From assembly GCA_036679605.1 (NCBI GenBank), contig JAZDCZ010000254.1:157807-221806 (forward strand): a stretch of DNA of 64,000 bases, given 5' to 3'. This document shows, piece after piece, positions 1 to 8,920 of the stretch (within the stretch, counting starts at the first letter, position 1; each line of letters starts with the position of its first letter). The DNA is from Gemmatimonadota bacterium. Its GTDB lineage: Bacteria > Gemmatimonadota > Gemmatimonadetes > Gemmatimonadales > GWC2-71-9. The position numbers and the translations under genes are program-made. The notes under the pieces were generated by a model. That model made no database searches and was not told the origin of the DNA. It saw only the letters and a list, made by a program, of their open reading frames with translations.

Positions 1-84
1 CGACAGCCAAAGCCCACCCAGCGACACTACTGCAAGGGCAAAAAAGATCGTCGCACCAACAATCAATTCGTCGCGTCGTCTCAT
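1..84 (-). CDS. mlaD: MlaD/MCE family protein, N-terminus (runs off window)
   Basis: MRRRDELIVGATIFFALAVVSLGGLWLS; ATGA overlap with the mlaF stop; follows mlaE-mlaF. Confidence 0.75.
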   Translation of the reverse strand, partial: MRRRDELIVGATIFFALAVVSLGGLWLS

Positions 85-848
85 GAAACCACCTTGGTCG
101 TAACGCCCTCGGCGTCATCCACCGCTTCGGGTCTTCCCTCGATGAACTGGCGAACGATTGGATCGTGGGTGCGCTTGATCTGATCCACTGTACCAACCTG
201 GCGGATCGCACCCTTGTACAACATGGCGATCCGATCGCCCACCGTGTAGGCACTGCTCATGTCGTGGGTTACAACTATGCTCGTTGCACCAAGTTTCTCC
301 TTGGTTCGCACGATCAACTCATTGATGACGGACGAGGTGACCGGATCCAAGCCCGACGTGGGCTCGTCGTAAAGAATGTAGCGTGGTTTCAGCGCGATCG
401 AACGTGCAATGCCCACGCGTTTCCTCATGCCGCCCGACAGTTCGACCGGATATCGTTCGTCGGTCCCCTCCATGTCTACCAGCGCAAGAGACTCCCGCAC
501 CCTCTCGTCGATTTCGCGGCGGGCCACCTGTTGGCGTTTCAGTCCCAATTCAATATTTTGCCGCACAGTCATCGAGTCGAACAACGCAGCGAACTGAAAG
601 ACGAACGCGACCTTCGATCTGAGCCGGAACAGCCCGTTGCGATCCAGCTCGTGAACGATCTCACCGTCGACCTCGACTTCGCCTGCATCGGGATCGAGCA
701 AACCGACTACGTGCTTCAGTGCAACGCTCTTGCCCGTGCCCGAGTAGCCGATCACGACCACCGTCTCTCCCTCCGGCACCTCCAAGGAGAATCCGTCGAG
801 CACCTGCTTGGGCCCAAACTTCTTATAGACGCCGCGCAACGCTATCAC
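81..848 (-). CDS. mlaF: Mla/Mce ABC transporter ATP-binding protein
   Basis: GYSGTGKS Walker A, LSGGMRKRV signature, YDEPTSGLDP; adjacent to mlaE. Confidence 0.9.
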   Translation of the reverse strand: MIALRGVYKKFGPKQVLDGFSLEVPEGETVVVIGYSGTGKSVALKHVVGLLDPDAGEVEVDGEIVHELDRNGLFRLRSKVAFVFQFAALFDSMTVRQNIELGLKRQQVARREIDERVRESLALVDMEGTDERYPVELSGGMRKRVGIARSIALKPRYILYDEPTSGLDPVTSSVINELIVRTKEKLGATSIVVTHDMSSAYTVGDRIAMLYKGAIRQVGTVDQIKRTHDPIVRQFIEGRPEAVDDAEGVTTKVVS

Positions 849-870
849 GAAATCGGCAGCCCCATCCGAC

Positions 871-1632
871 TCACAGTAATACTACCGCCCAGAACGCATC
901 GAGCACGAGGATCATCTGCGCGGAAATGACCACCGACTGGGTAGTGCTGCGCCCTACACCCTCTGCGCCACCCGCCGTCTTGAGTCCCTTGAGGCAGCCA
1001 ATCAGCGAGATCACCAGGCCAAACGACATGGCCTTCACCAATCCGAACCAGATATCCTTGAAGTGGTAGAACAACCTGAGGCCCTTGACGAAGTCGCCGG
1101 TCGAAAGATCGAGGAGGTTTACCGCTGTAATCAGGGCTGACACAACCCCAATAGCCATTGCGAGTGCTACGACTATCGGAAACATGATAGTCGCGGCCAC
1201 AATGCGTGGAACCACGAGATATGAATACGGATCGTACGCAAGCGTTTCGAGCGCTTCGACCTGCTCGGTCACGCGCATCGTGCCGAGTTCTGCTGTGATG
1301 TTGGCCCCTACCCTTCCGGCCAGCGCGAGCCCGGTCAAAACTGGGGCGAGTTCCAGCATAATCGTCTTGCCGACAAGGGTTCCGACGAAATAGAGTGGGA
1401 CCGCTCCAGTCAGGGTGTAGGAAGACTGCATCGCGAGCACGATTCCCATGAAGGCAGCGATGAAAAGCGCGATGGGCAACGATTGAACACCGATCCGGCG
1501 CATCTGGACCACAGTGAGACTAGTCCAGATACTGACATCCCGTAGGCTCCTGACAATGTCATAGAGAGATCTGGCGAGACCGCCGATATTGAGAAGCCAG
1601 CGGGCAACCCGCTGGGACATGAGTTCATACAC
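871..1632 (-). CDS. mlaE: MlaE family ABC permease
   Basis: ELAPVLTGLALAGRVGANITAELGTMRVTEQVEAL and GGAEGVGRSTT motifs. Confidence 0.92.
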   Translation of the reverse strand: MYELMSQRVARWLLNIGGLARSLYDIVRSLRDVSIWTSLTVVQMRRIGVQSLPIALFIAAFMGIVLAMQSSYTLTGAVPLYFVGTLVGKTIMLELAPVLTGLALAGRVGANITAELGTMRVTEQVEALETLAYDPYSYLVVPRIVAATIMFPIVVALAMAIGVVSALITAVNLLDLSTGDFVKGLRLFYHFKDIWFGLVKAMSFGLVISLIGCLKGLKTAGGAEGVGRSTTQSVVISAQMILVLDAFWAVVLL

Positions 1633-1708
1633 GAGGCGAATTTATCAGACACACGCGAAAGAGGCTAGTAGCCCAGGAACAGCGCCTGCGGGCGCGTAGG
1701 CGCATAAC

Positions 1709-1738
1709 AATAGGGGCAACGCATGCGTTGCCCCTATT
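1709..1738. repeat. Perfect 30-bp palindrome, REP-like or terminator
   Basis: AATAGGGGCAACGCATGCGTTGCCCCTATT between sigma gene and mlaE. Confidence 0.6.
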
Positions 1739-1763
1739 CTACCTTACGCGTACCTACTCAGAT

Positions 1764-2669
1764 CTACGCTGCGAAGCTCGCCAGCGCCTTGCCTACATCG
1801 CCTTCGCGTAGCCTCTTGAGGGCCCGATCTCGGAGCTGGCGTACTCGCTCTCTCGTTACACCGAGCATTCCACCAATCTCCTCCAGTGTGTGCTCGCGTC
1901 CGCCGTCCAGGCCGAAGTAGAGCCGTACGACCTTGGCGTCACGGGCCGGAAGCGTGGTGAGAGCGCCCTTGATCTCGTCGGTGAGAAAGCGCTCCATGGT
2001 GCGCTCTTCGGTGTCCGGAAGATCTTCGGCGATAAACCGCTCTATCAGAGCGCGGTCTCCATCGGGATCGAGCGGGGCGTCGAGCCTGACCTCTCCCGTA
2101 TTGAGAGCGGCAAGAGACTGGACTACCTCGAGCGACAAAGTTGTGGCCTTGGAGATTTCCTCCGGCGTTGGTTCGCGGCGCAGTTCCTGCCTCAGAGCCT
2201 CTGCCGTCTTCACGATCTTGGAGAGATCGGCCGTCCGGTTGAGCGGTACACGTACCGTCCTGCCCTGTCGGGCCAGCGAAGCCAGGATCGCCTGCCTGAT
2301 CCACCACACCGCATAAGAAATGAACTTGACCCCCTGATCGGGATCGAACTTGCGGGCAGCCGTGAGCAGCCCAACGTTGCCCTCGCCGATAAGGTCGGTG
2401 AGCGGCAAACCCCTGTTCTGGTATTTCTTTGCCACAGATATCACGAATCGGAGGTTCCGCTTCGCGAGCTCCTGCATCGCCGCCTGGTCGCCGGTCCGAA
2501 CCTTCTTTGCCAACTCAATTTCCTCTGTAGGTGTGAGCAATGGAGTCTTGCTCACTTCAAATAGATATTGGTCTAGAAGATCGCGGTCGTCCTCGCTGAC
2601 AGCGATAGCCGCAGTGCGACGGCGGCGCTTGGTCGTTTTACGCTTCTTTACTTCTTTTACTTGTTTCAT
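1764..2669 (-). CDS. RpoD/SigA family sigma-70 factor (lacks region 1.1)
   Basis: NLRFVISVAKKY, DLIGEGNVGL, KFISYAVWWIRQ, TLEEIGGMLGVTRERVRQ; start taken at MKQVKEV. Confidence 0.93.
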   Translation of the reverse strand: MKQVKEVKKRKTTKRRRRTAAIAVSEDDRDLLDQYLFEVSKTPLLTPTEEIELAKKVRTGDQAAMQELAKRNLRFVISVAKKYQNRGLPLTDLIGEGNVGLLTAARKFDPDQGVKFISYAVWWIRQAILASLARQGRTVRVPLNRTADLSKIVKTAEALRQELRREPTPEEISKATTLSLEVVQSLAALNTGEVRLDAPLDPDGDRALIERFIAEDLPDTEERTMERFLTDEIKGALTTLPARDAKVVRLYFGLDGGREHTLEEIGGMLGVTRERVRQLRDRALKRLREGDVGKALASFAA

Positions 2670-2796
2670 GGCACCCCTATTATGCTCCGAATCGCTGCGG
2701 CCGCAAGGGTCGGCGTTTTCGGGTAAGTACATAGACTATTCGCACGTTCTGTTACCCCGAATGCCGCCCGAAGTTCGCTTGCTGTCAAGAGTTAGG

Positions 2797-2825
2797 TTGA
2801 CACCCTCATAACGCTCAGCTAGCTT
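2797..2825 (+). promoter_or_regulatory. Sigma70-type promoter of the tRNA cluster
   Basis: TTGACA-17bp-TAGCTT, 43 nt before tRNA-Ala. Confidence 0.6.
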
Positions 2826-2868
2826 TTTTTGTTCTGGTCGGACGGCACTCTGAGCGGCCTAATATAAT

Positions 2869-2941
2869 GGGGGCGTAGCTCAGTTGGGAGAGCGCGTGAA
2901 TGGCATTCACGAGGTCAGGGGTTCGAGACCCCTCGCCTCCA
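2869..2941 (+). tRNA. tRNA-Ala(GGC)
   Basis: Cloverleaf; anticodon arm CGTGA-ATGGCAT-TCACG; GTTCGA T-loop. Confidence 0.95.
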
Positions 2942-2948
2942 TTGGCAG

Positions 2949-3025
2949 GGACGGTAGAAAAGGGCGGTAATACTGGGCGGATAGGAAAAAGGGCGGTAGA
3001 AAAGGGCGGTAAGACTGGGCGGTAA
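2949..3025 (+). repeat. Degenerate GGCGGTA short-repeat tract
   Basis: About six (G)GGCGG(A)TA units spaced by A-rich linkers. Confidence 0.7.
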
Positions 3026-3082
3026 GGGGATCGGTTGGGCGGAGTCGATATGGATCAATGGCGTGGCCTCATATTGCAGATT

Positions 3083-3155
3083 GCGGGAATAGCTCAGCTG
3101 GTAGAGCACAACCTTGCCAAGGTTGGGGTCGCGGGTTCGAGTCCCGTTTCCCGCT
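3083..3155 (+). tRNA. tRNA-Gly(GCC)
   Basis: GCGGGAATAGCTCAG...CAACC-TTGCCAA-GGTTG...GTTCGAG...TTCCCGCT. Confidence 0.95.
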
Positions 3156-3171
3156 TGTCCCGTCCCATCCC

Positions 3172-3223
3172 CGGGCGGTAGGAAAAAAGGCGGTAGAAGA
3201 CGGCGGTAGGAAAAGGGCGGTAG
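3172..3223 (+). repeat. Second GGCGGTAG short-repeat tract
   Basis: Four GGCGGTAG units. Confidence 0.7.
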
Positions 3224-3244
3224 ACCATGGGCCACCAGTAGCAT

Positions 3245-3419
3245 AACGGCGCGGGGTGGAGCAGTCTTGGAAGCAGAGCTGAAGCTCTGACTCATTGATT
3301 AGGGGCGGCCAAGGCCGCCTATTTGTACAACGGCGCGGGGTGGAGCAGTCTCGGAAGCAGAGCTGAAGCTCTGACTCAAATTGATTGGAGGCGGCCGAGG
3401 GCCGCCTATAGCACAACGG
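3245..3419 (+). repeat. Two ~85-bp tandem units each starting with the 5' end of tRNA-fMet
   Basis: CGCGGGGTGGAGCAGTCT at 3250, 3334 and 3420 (the last is the real tRNA); units continue with CAGAGC-TGAA-GCTCTG and GGCGGCC/GGCCGCC hairpins. Confidence 0.85.
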
Positions 3420-3493
3420 CGCGGGGTGGAGCAGTCTGGTAGCTCGCCGGGCTCATAACCCGGAGGTCGTGGGTTCAAATCCCACCCCCGCTA
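3420..3493 (+). tRNA. Initiator tRNA-fMet(CAT)
   Basis: C1 unpaired with T72, GGG/CCC anticodon stem, CTCATAA loop. Confidence 0.95.
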
Positions 3494-3568
3494 TTGCGGC
3501 AGATCGGCGGGTCGATGGATGGGCGGTCAAGAGCCGCCGATCCGACGAGCCGCCGATCCGACGTTTAG

Positions 3569-3645
3569 GGGCGGTTAGCTCAGTTGGTTAGAGCGCTACG
3601 TTGACATCGTAGAGGCCACAAGTTCGAGTCTTGTACCGCCCACCA
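3569..3645 (+). tRNA. tRNA-Val(GAC)
   Basis: CTACG-TTGACAT-CGTAG arm; encoded CCA. Confidence 0.95.
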
Positions 3646-3719
3646 GCGCCCATAGCTCAACTGGATAGAGCGTTTGGCTACGGACCAAGAGGCTGGGGGT
3701 TCGAATCCTCCTGGGCGCA
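3646..3719 (+). tRNA. tRNA-Arg(ACG)
   Basis: TTTGG-CTACGGA-CCAAG arm; starts directly after the CCA of tRNA-Val. Confidence 0.93.
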
Positions 3720-3750
3720 TCTGGGTGGGAAAAGGGAAAAGGGAATGAGA

Positions 3751-3824
3751 CGGGGCGTAGCGCAGCCCGGTAGCGCGCCTGCTTCGGGAGCAGGAGGCCC
3801 CCGGTTCAAGTCCGGGCGCCCCGA
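3751..3824 (+). tRNA. tRNA-Pro(CGG)
   Basis: CGGGGCG acceptor; CCTGC-TTCGGGA-GCAGG arm. Confidence 0.95.
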
Positions 3825-3883
3825 TTTTCGGCAAAAAAAGAAGCTCGACGAACCACCTACAGTCCAACACACGAGCCAATCCT

Positions 3884-5032
3884 ATGACCCAACTATTTGA
3901 CATGAGCAAGATCCAGCGCGGGGCCCGCATACGACGGTCCCCGTTCTTCGAGGCGACACATCGCGCTGGATGCTCGGCATATACGGTCTACAACCACATG
4001 TTGCTGCCCACGGCCTACGATGACCTGAAGAATGAGTACCAGCGGTTGTTGAGCGGCGTCACGGTGTGGGACGTGAGTGTCGAACGGCAGGTCGAGATCA
4101 AGGGTCCGGACGGGTTCGCGTTTACCAACCTGCTGACCCCGCGCGATCTCAACAAATGCAAGGTCGGACAAGGCAAGTACGTCGTGATCACGGATCAGGA
4201 CGGCGGCATCATCAACGACCCCGTGTTGCTCCGGCTGGGAGAGAACCACTTCTGGCTGGCTCTCGCGGACAGCGATGTCCTGTTGTGGGCGAAGGGCATC
4301 GCGTACCGGTCGGGCATGGACGTAGAGATCTGCGAGCCCGACGTAGCACCGATGCAGATCCAGGGACCCGAGTCGAAGGCGGTCGTGCAGGCGCTGTTCG
4401 GAGACGAGGTATTGCAGCTTCGTTATTACTACTTCCTCGAGACAGAACTGGACGGCATACCGGTAATCGTCACCCGAACGGGTTGGAGTGGCGAAGTGGG
4501 ATACGAGATTTACTTGAGGGACGGGAGCCGGGGTCAGGACCTGTGGGACAGGGTGATGGAGGCGGGCAAGCCATACGACATCGCCCCGACCGGTCCATCG
4601 GACATCCGGAGAATCGAAGCCGGCATTCTCAACTACGGAATCGACATCACTATCGAGACCAATCCGTTCGAGGTCGGCCTCAAATGGCTGGTCGATCTCG
4701 AGCAGGATGCAGATTTCATTGGGAAGGATGCGCTGAGCCGCATCTGGGCCGAGGGTGTCAATAGAAAGCTCGTCGGTGTGGAGATCGACGGCGAACCATT
4801 GGACCTGAACGTGACCAAGTGGCCTGTCAGCAGCAACGGTTCATCGGTGGGCAAGGTAACATCGGCCGTGTACTCGCCGAGGTTGGACAAGAATATTGGC
4901 TATGCGATGCTACCGATCGAGCTATCTAAGTTGGGAACGGAACTGCGCGTTCAGGTACCGAGCCGTGAGGCCGGGTTGAAAGTCGTAGCGAAACCGTTTG
5001 TAGACCCGACGAAGGAGGTTCCCAAGTCGTAG
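3884..5032 (+). CDS. GcvT-family THF-dependent aminomethyltransferase, DmdA-like
   Basis: AYTVYNHMLLP, WDVSVERQVEI, INDPVLL, LADSDVLLWAKG recall DMSP demethylase DmdA; no gcvH/gcvP nearby. Confidence 0.8.
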   Translation: MTQLFDMSKIQRGARIRRSPFFEATHRAGCSAYTVYNHMLLPTAYDDLKNEYQRLLSGVTVWDVSVERQVEIKGPDGFAFTNLLTPRDLNKCKVGQGKYVVITDQDGGIINDPVLLRLGENHFWLALADSDVLLWAKGIAYRSGMDVEICEPDVAPMQIQGPESKAVVQALFGDEVLQLRYYYFLETELDGIPVIVTRTGWSGEVGYEIYLRDGSRGQDLWDRVMEAGKPYDIAPTGPSDIRRIEAGILNYGIDITIETNPFEVGLKWLVDLEQDADFIGKDALSRIWAEGVNRKLVGVEIDGEPLDLNVTKWPVSSNGSSVGKVTSAVYSPRLDKNIGYAMLPIELSKLGTELRVQVPSREAGLKVVAKPFVDPTKEVPKS

Positions 5033-5068
5033 TCGGGTCTTAGTACCGAGAGATGAGTTCAATATCTT

Positions 5069-5142
<74 letters not shown>

Positions 5143-5151
5143 CTCGCAAGT

Positions 5152-5191
5152 AGAAATCCCATCGTGAGTTACACACGGTGGGATTTTTTCT
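5152..5191 (+). terminator. Hairpin plus T-tract after tRNA-Arg, repeated after 9058 and 15766
   Basis: AAATCCCATCGTG-AGTTACA-CACGGTGGGATTTTTT. Confidence 0.75.
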
Positions 5192-5228
5192 CGCACCCGC
5201 GTACCCGCGTACCCGCGTACCCGCTGAA

Positions 5229-5348
5229 TTGTCACATACTTTTGTGACAACGGCTGTTGGCCTCGTCAGCGCCAGGAAAAATTGTCACAACGTTGTCACA
5301 ACGCCCACCGACGTAACTACAGTCCTCCGGAGCCAAAGGTCATGGGTT
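5229..5348 (+). mobile_element. att-like module: 8-6-8 palindrome, tandem 11-bp repeats, tRNA-Arg fragment
   Basis: TTGTCACA-TACTTT-TGTGACAA (5229-5250); TTGTCACAACG x2 (5282-5303); 5324-5348 identical to tRNA positions 5100-5124. Confidence 0.7.
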
Positions 5349-5441
5349 GATGTACGCGCGTGCTTGCCTAACGGCGGCGCAACTTCTTCGGGAACGAAGG
5401 AGAGCAACACCCGCATTCCCCAATACGCAATGAACAATGAG

Positions 5442-6701
5442 TTACCCGCCGGTTGAATACTCGAACCCCTCATATGCAAACGCCCTCTCGACGGCGCTCA
5501 CATCCACTTCACTTCCGCCTGCGGCGCGAACGGTCTTTCGCCACTCGGCGTTGACGAGCCGTTTCATCTTGTCGATCACGGCGTTCGCCTCGTCGGGTGA
5601 CAGGCCGAAGCGTGGCGCCTGGGACAAAATGTTGTCCCGCCTGGCTACTCGACCGAAGCGACCGCAAGCAAGTGCCAGGTCGCGCCGTTCGATGGAGTGC
5701 ATCGGGTTCGGCGTGAGATCGTATGCGGGTGCGAGAATCCATTCCTTTCCTGGAGCGATGAGCGCGTGGTTGCGTGGGTGGTCGTCGGTATTCGAGATCA
5801 ACGCATTCAACACGATCCGCCGGAACAGCTCCTGCTTGTCCCGGATCGGCTCGGCCGACCAGCGTTGCAGTTCGTCGGCGAGGAGGACGTAGGACCAGTT
5901 TCGCCGGTCCACCGCGCTCTCTTCCGCGTCCAGCACCGTGAGGGCGCTAACCATCCGGTGCCGGTGATATCCGCCGGTCGCGCGCGCGCGATCGAACCGC
6001 CGGACGAGCAAGATGGACTCGCCGGCAACGCGCTCGATTCTGGTTTCCGGGACACGAATCCCGCACCGTGAGCCCAACTCGAGCATCGCGGTTTCGACCG
6101 GAGCATTGTTCCAGCGATCCCCCCTCGTGGGGAACTTGGCGATCCACAACCCGGCATCATCCTCAACCACGGCCTTGGGCCGTGCTCCACCCATCGAGCT
6201 TCCCGGTGCAAGCAGCTCGGCAACTTGTTGTGCCAGCGGATCGTCTTGTCGGTCCTCCTCGACAACGGCGGCGGCCTTCTGGAGTTCTGCAAGCTGCAAC
6301 GCCGACCGATAAATGGCTCGACGGCGCGGCGGCACCGCCATCGATCCGAACGACAGCACGCCTGCACGGTCGTCACCCGCAGCCTTGAGGTAGTCGAACT
6401 CGTCTAGATCCTGGTGGCCCAGCCGATGCTCGATGACCCTGCGGCCCCACGCGTCCGGCGCTGCATCTCTAAGCACACCGAACATCCCATTCAGCTTGGC
6501 GGTACGGTATTCCCGGGGACTCAGCGGAAGCTGGAACGGGTCTAGCGCGACGGCATCCTCACGGCCGAGAAACGAACGGCCGTAGATCAGTCGGCCTATG
6601 AAGGCGCCGCCGCGCGTAGGCTCCCGGACGAACCGAGCGCAGGGCACTACCTCAAGAGATCGTGGGAGCTGGAGGTAGACGAAGCATTCCTTAGAAGTCA
6701 T
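5442..6701 (-). CDS. hipA: HipA family kinase toxin
   Basis: PDAWGRRVI, GSSMGGARPKA, SNTDDHPRNH, LAPAYDL. Confidence 0.92.
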   Translation of the reverse strand: MTSKECFVYLQLPRSLEVVPCARFVREPTRGGAFIGRLIYGRSFLGREDAVALDPFQLPLSPREYRTAKLNGMFGVLRDAAPDAWGRRVIEHRLGHQDLDEFDYLKAAGDDRAGVLSFGSMAVPPRRRAIYRSALQLAELQKAAAVVEEDRQDDPLAQQVAELLAPGSSMGGARPKAVVEDDAGLWIAKFPTRGDRWNNAPVETAMLELGSRCGIRVPETRIERVAGESILLVRRFDRARATGGYHRHRMVSALTVLDAEESAVDRRNWSYVLLADELQRWSAEPIRDKQELFRRIVLNALISNTDDHPRNHALIAPGKEWILAPAYDLTPNPMHSIERRDLALACGRFGRVARRDNILSQAPRFGLSPDEANAVIDKMKRLVNAEWRKTVRAAGGSEVDVSAVERAFAYEGFEYSTGG

Positions 6702-7038
6702 CGCTCAACTCGCGCGACATTCCTACCCGGGCCGGCCGCCTGGCAGCCTCTAGGGTAGTCCCCTCTACGTCGTCGTCTGGATGGGCCAACCGCGCTACGG
6801 CGTCGTGAAGTCCCATTGCCCAGAGCACTGCGGTGTAAGCGCCGATGCCGGTACCTAGGGCGCCCGCCTCGATGCGGTTCATCGTGACTTTGCTGATGCC
6901 GGCCTTCTTGGCCAGATCTTCCTGCCGGAGTCCCCGTCGCACGCGGGCGGTGGCGACGTTGGCGCCGAGTTGCTGGATGGCGGAGGTAATGGCGGCCGGG
7001 GCGGCAAGATTGTTGATGTTGCGGCGTGGCATGATCAA
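6691..7038 (-). CDS. XRE/HipB-like HTH antitoxin
   Basis: ARVRRGLRQEDLAKKAGISKVTMNRIEAG; overlaps hipA start. Confidence 0.88.
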   Translation of the reverse strand: MIMPRRNINNLAAPAAITSAIQQLGANVATARVRRGLRQEDLAKKAGISKVTMNRIEAGALGTGIGAYTAVLWAMGLHDAVARLAHPDDDVEGTTLEAARRPARVGMSRELSDDF

Positions 7039-7049
7039 GTGTCCAGTAC

Positions 7050-7180
7050 AATAGAGTTTATCTTAACACTGATAACATATACTCTATTATAATTAGCTGC
7101 AACTATAGGGTACAGTAAATTGCTATCCGACAAGCAGGGGTAACTTCTATTATACCCGATAATTGATACGTGGTATAGAA
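7050..7180 (-). promoter_or_regulatory. AT-rich promoter/operator region of the HipA-XRE operon
   Basis: AATAGAGT...ACTCTATT inverted repeat; TCTATTATA occurs twice. Confidence 0.45.
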
Positions 7181-7427
7181 CACCTTTCTCGTCGACAGCG
7201 GGCAGTGCAAACGGCACGGAGCGGTCGTTTGACGCCCACGCCACCCTCGCGTATACGTAGGTGCCACGCGGCGTTCCTGTGCTGCGCCCCCAGGCACTGG
7301 TGCTCCAATGTGAAAAGACCGTGAAATCCGAGTGAGGCTTCGCCGCGCCCGATCAACGTTGGAAGAAGTCCGGACACCAACTTCCGGACATCGTCGCACT
7401 CCTTCCACGACGGGCGCGGTCATACCT

Positions 7428-7916
7428 CTATCCGAACCTTAGGAACCCACGAACCCCAGCCACGGCACCGGCAATCGCGATCAGACTCGCTGTCAGCAGC
7501 AAGAGATGAAAGCGATGAAGGAGGCGGAAGGCTCTATCAGAGTCGCGCTTGGCAAACTCCCTGAACCAGTGATGAAGGAACAGCGGCTCAAGAACGAAGA
7601 GCACCAACGTAAAGACCAGCCAGACGAGGGTCATGAGATGGACCCACCAAAACGACGGATCTTGGTACCGACCCCAGGCATCAAATCCCTGGAGCATGTA
7701 GAACCCCGAGATTCCGGTCACCAGCGTGACCACGCGAGCCTGAACCGAGAATCGGCCCTCAATCGCTTCGAAGAACCTTAGGCGCTCCTCGCCGCTCGGC
7801 AACCGACGAAGCGTCGGAATGACAACGGTCGTGACGAAGGCAACCCCGCCAATCCAAAGGACGACGCCCACCACGTGAAGCACTCTGGCAAAAACCAGCG
7901 ACCTAGCGCTCATCAA
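7428..7916 (-). CDS. CopD-like four-TM membrane protein
   Basis: LHVVGVVLWIGG and HLMTLVW motifs; hydrophobic helices. Confidence 0.6.
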   Translation of the reverse strand: MMSARSLVFARVLHVVGVVLWIGGVAFVTTVVIPTLRRLPSGEERLRFFEAIEGRFSVQARVVTLVTGISGFYMLQGFDAWGRYQDPSFWWVHLMTLVWLVFTLVLFVLEPLFLHHWFREFAKRDSDRAFRLLHRFHLLLLTASLIAIAGAVAGVRGFLRFG

Positions 7917-7934
7917 ACCATTACCCCCACAAGC

Positions 7935-7967
7935 GCAGAATCGTCACACACTCTTGTAACAACGGCT
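7935..7967 (+). repeat. Degenerate copy of the 5223-5255 palindromic module
   Basis: GCAGAATCGTCACACACTCTTGTAACAACGGCT vs GCTGAATTGTCACATACTTTTGTGACAACGGCT. Confidence 0.65.
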
Positions 7968-8247
7968 ACACGCCTACGCCACTGACCCGTTTTGCCAGCG
8001 GCAACAACGGTGAGAATGCCGCTGTCAGCGCCTTGAGCAGATCATCTTGAGCGACCACGGATTCAACGGTGTGTCACGGCCTTTGTCCCTCGTTCCTCAT
8101 TGCTATGTAAATGGTGTCCCCTCTCACCGTCGGATACACCTGGATCGACATGCTGATCCCCTCTTCGCCGACCCGAAGCCGGCCGCGGAAATCCAGCGGT
8201 GCGTACCCTGGGCTACCACTTCATTCTCTTGTTGGTTGGGATGCCGC

Positions 8248-8583
8248 TCAGCTGCGCCCGGACCCGTTCGACCCCTGTAGCGCCGCAACGATCTTCTCGA
8301 CCGTCGGTACTCCCTGAAAACGCCCGTCAGCGTTGGTATACACACGACAACAGTTGGAATCGGACTCGGAACCCTGTCCGTCGATATCCTGTTCGTCCAC
8401 GAGGATGGTGGGAGAACCGTACTGTTTCACGTACGATGGCGCACCGTCCGCCTCGCGATCCCACTCGGTCCAGACCGGGACCTCGCCGATAGTCGCAAAC
8501 ACCTTGCTCAACTGCTCACGGGCAGCAGCGACGTTGGGACAATCCTTGTCAATTACCAACTCGACCTTGTGGGTCATCGCCAT
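8248..8583 (-). CDS. Small thioredoxin-fold protein of the type found in mer operons
   Basis: DCPN, GSPTILVD, CCRVY, GVP motifs; downstream of merT relic; GGAG RBS. Confidence 0.65.
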   Translation of the reverse strand: MAMTHKVELVIDKDCPNVAAAREQLSKVFATIGEVPVWTEWDREADGAPSYVKQYGSPTILVDEQDIDGQGSESDSNCCRVYTNADGRFQGVPTVEKIVAALQGSNGSGRS

Positions 8584-8598
8584 ATGCTCCTCCCTGCC

Positions 8599-8852
8599 CT
8601 AGTGTGAATGCTCTGCGTTCGGTGTGCTGTCAGCGTTCGGCATCTCCATCTTCCCGTCACCGACAACTGCGGACGTGAATCCGGTTAGCCGCGTGAGTTC
8701 CGCAATGGACTCGGTCTCAGCGGCTCGAACGTGCTGCTCAGCCCCGCCCCAGAGACGCCAAGCGTGACAGCCACAAGAGGCCCGGCGCAGCAGAGTGCCG
8801 ATCCTACCGCCGCGCCAACCCCTCCAAACGCCGTCATCGTTGCTTTGATCAT
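8599..8852 (-). pseudogene. merT: merT-like mercury transporter relic, internally deleted
   Basis: MIKATMTAFGGVGAAVGSALCCAGPLVAVTLGVSGAGLSSTFEPLRP, then stop at 8685; out-of-frame tail SIAELTRLTGFTSAV resembles the end of an HMA domain. Confidence 0.7.
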
Positions 8853-8920
8853 GTATCCTCGCTCCGAGCTTCACGGTCGCTCGGCTCAGCCAAGACCGTT
8901 AGGCTTTGGTCCTGATCACT

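Noticed and set aside
3245..3440. CRISPR array
   Set aside because: Only two units, the would-be spacers resemble each other, the repeat is tRNA-derived, and no cas genes are present.
5229..5250. CRP operator or dif site
   Set aside because: Half-sites are reversed relative to TGTGA-N6-TCACA and do not match XerC/XerD arms.
5366..5445. attC downstream of hipA (GCCGTTAGGC on minus strand)
   Set aside because: No matching RYYYAAC or pairing arms; a 7-bp core alone is not enough.
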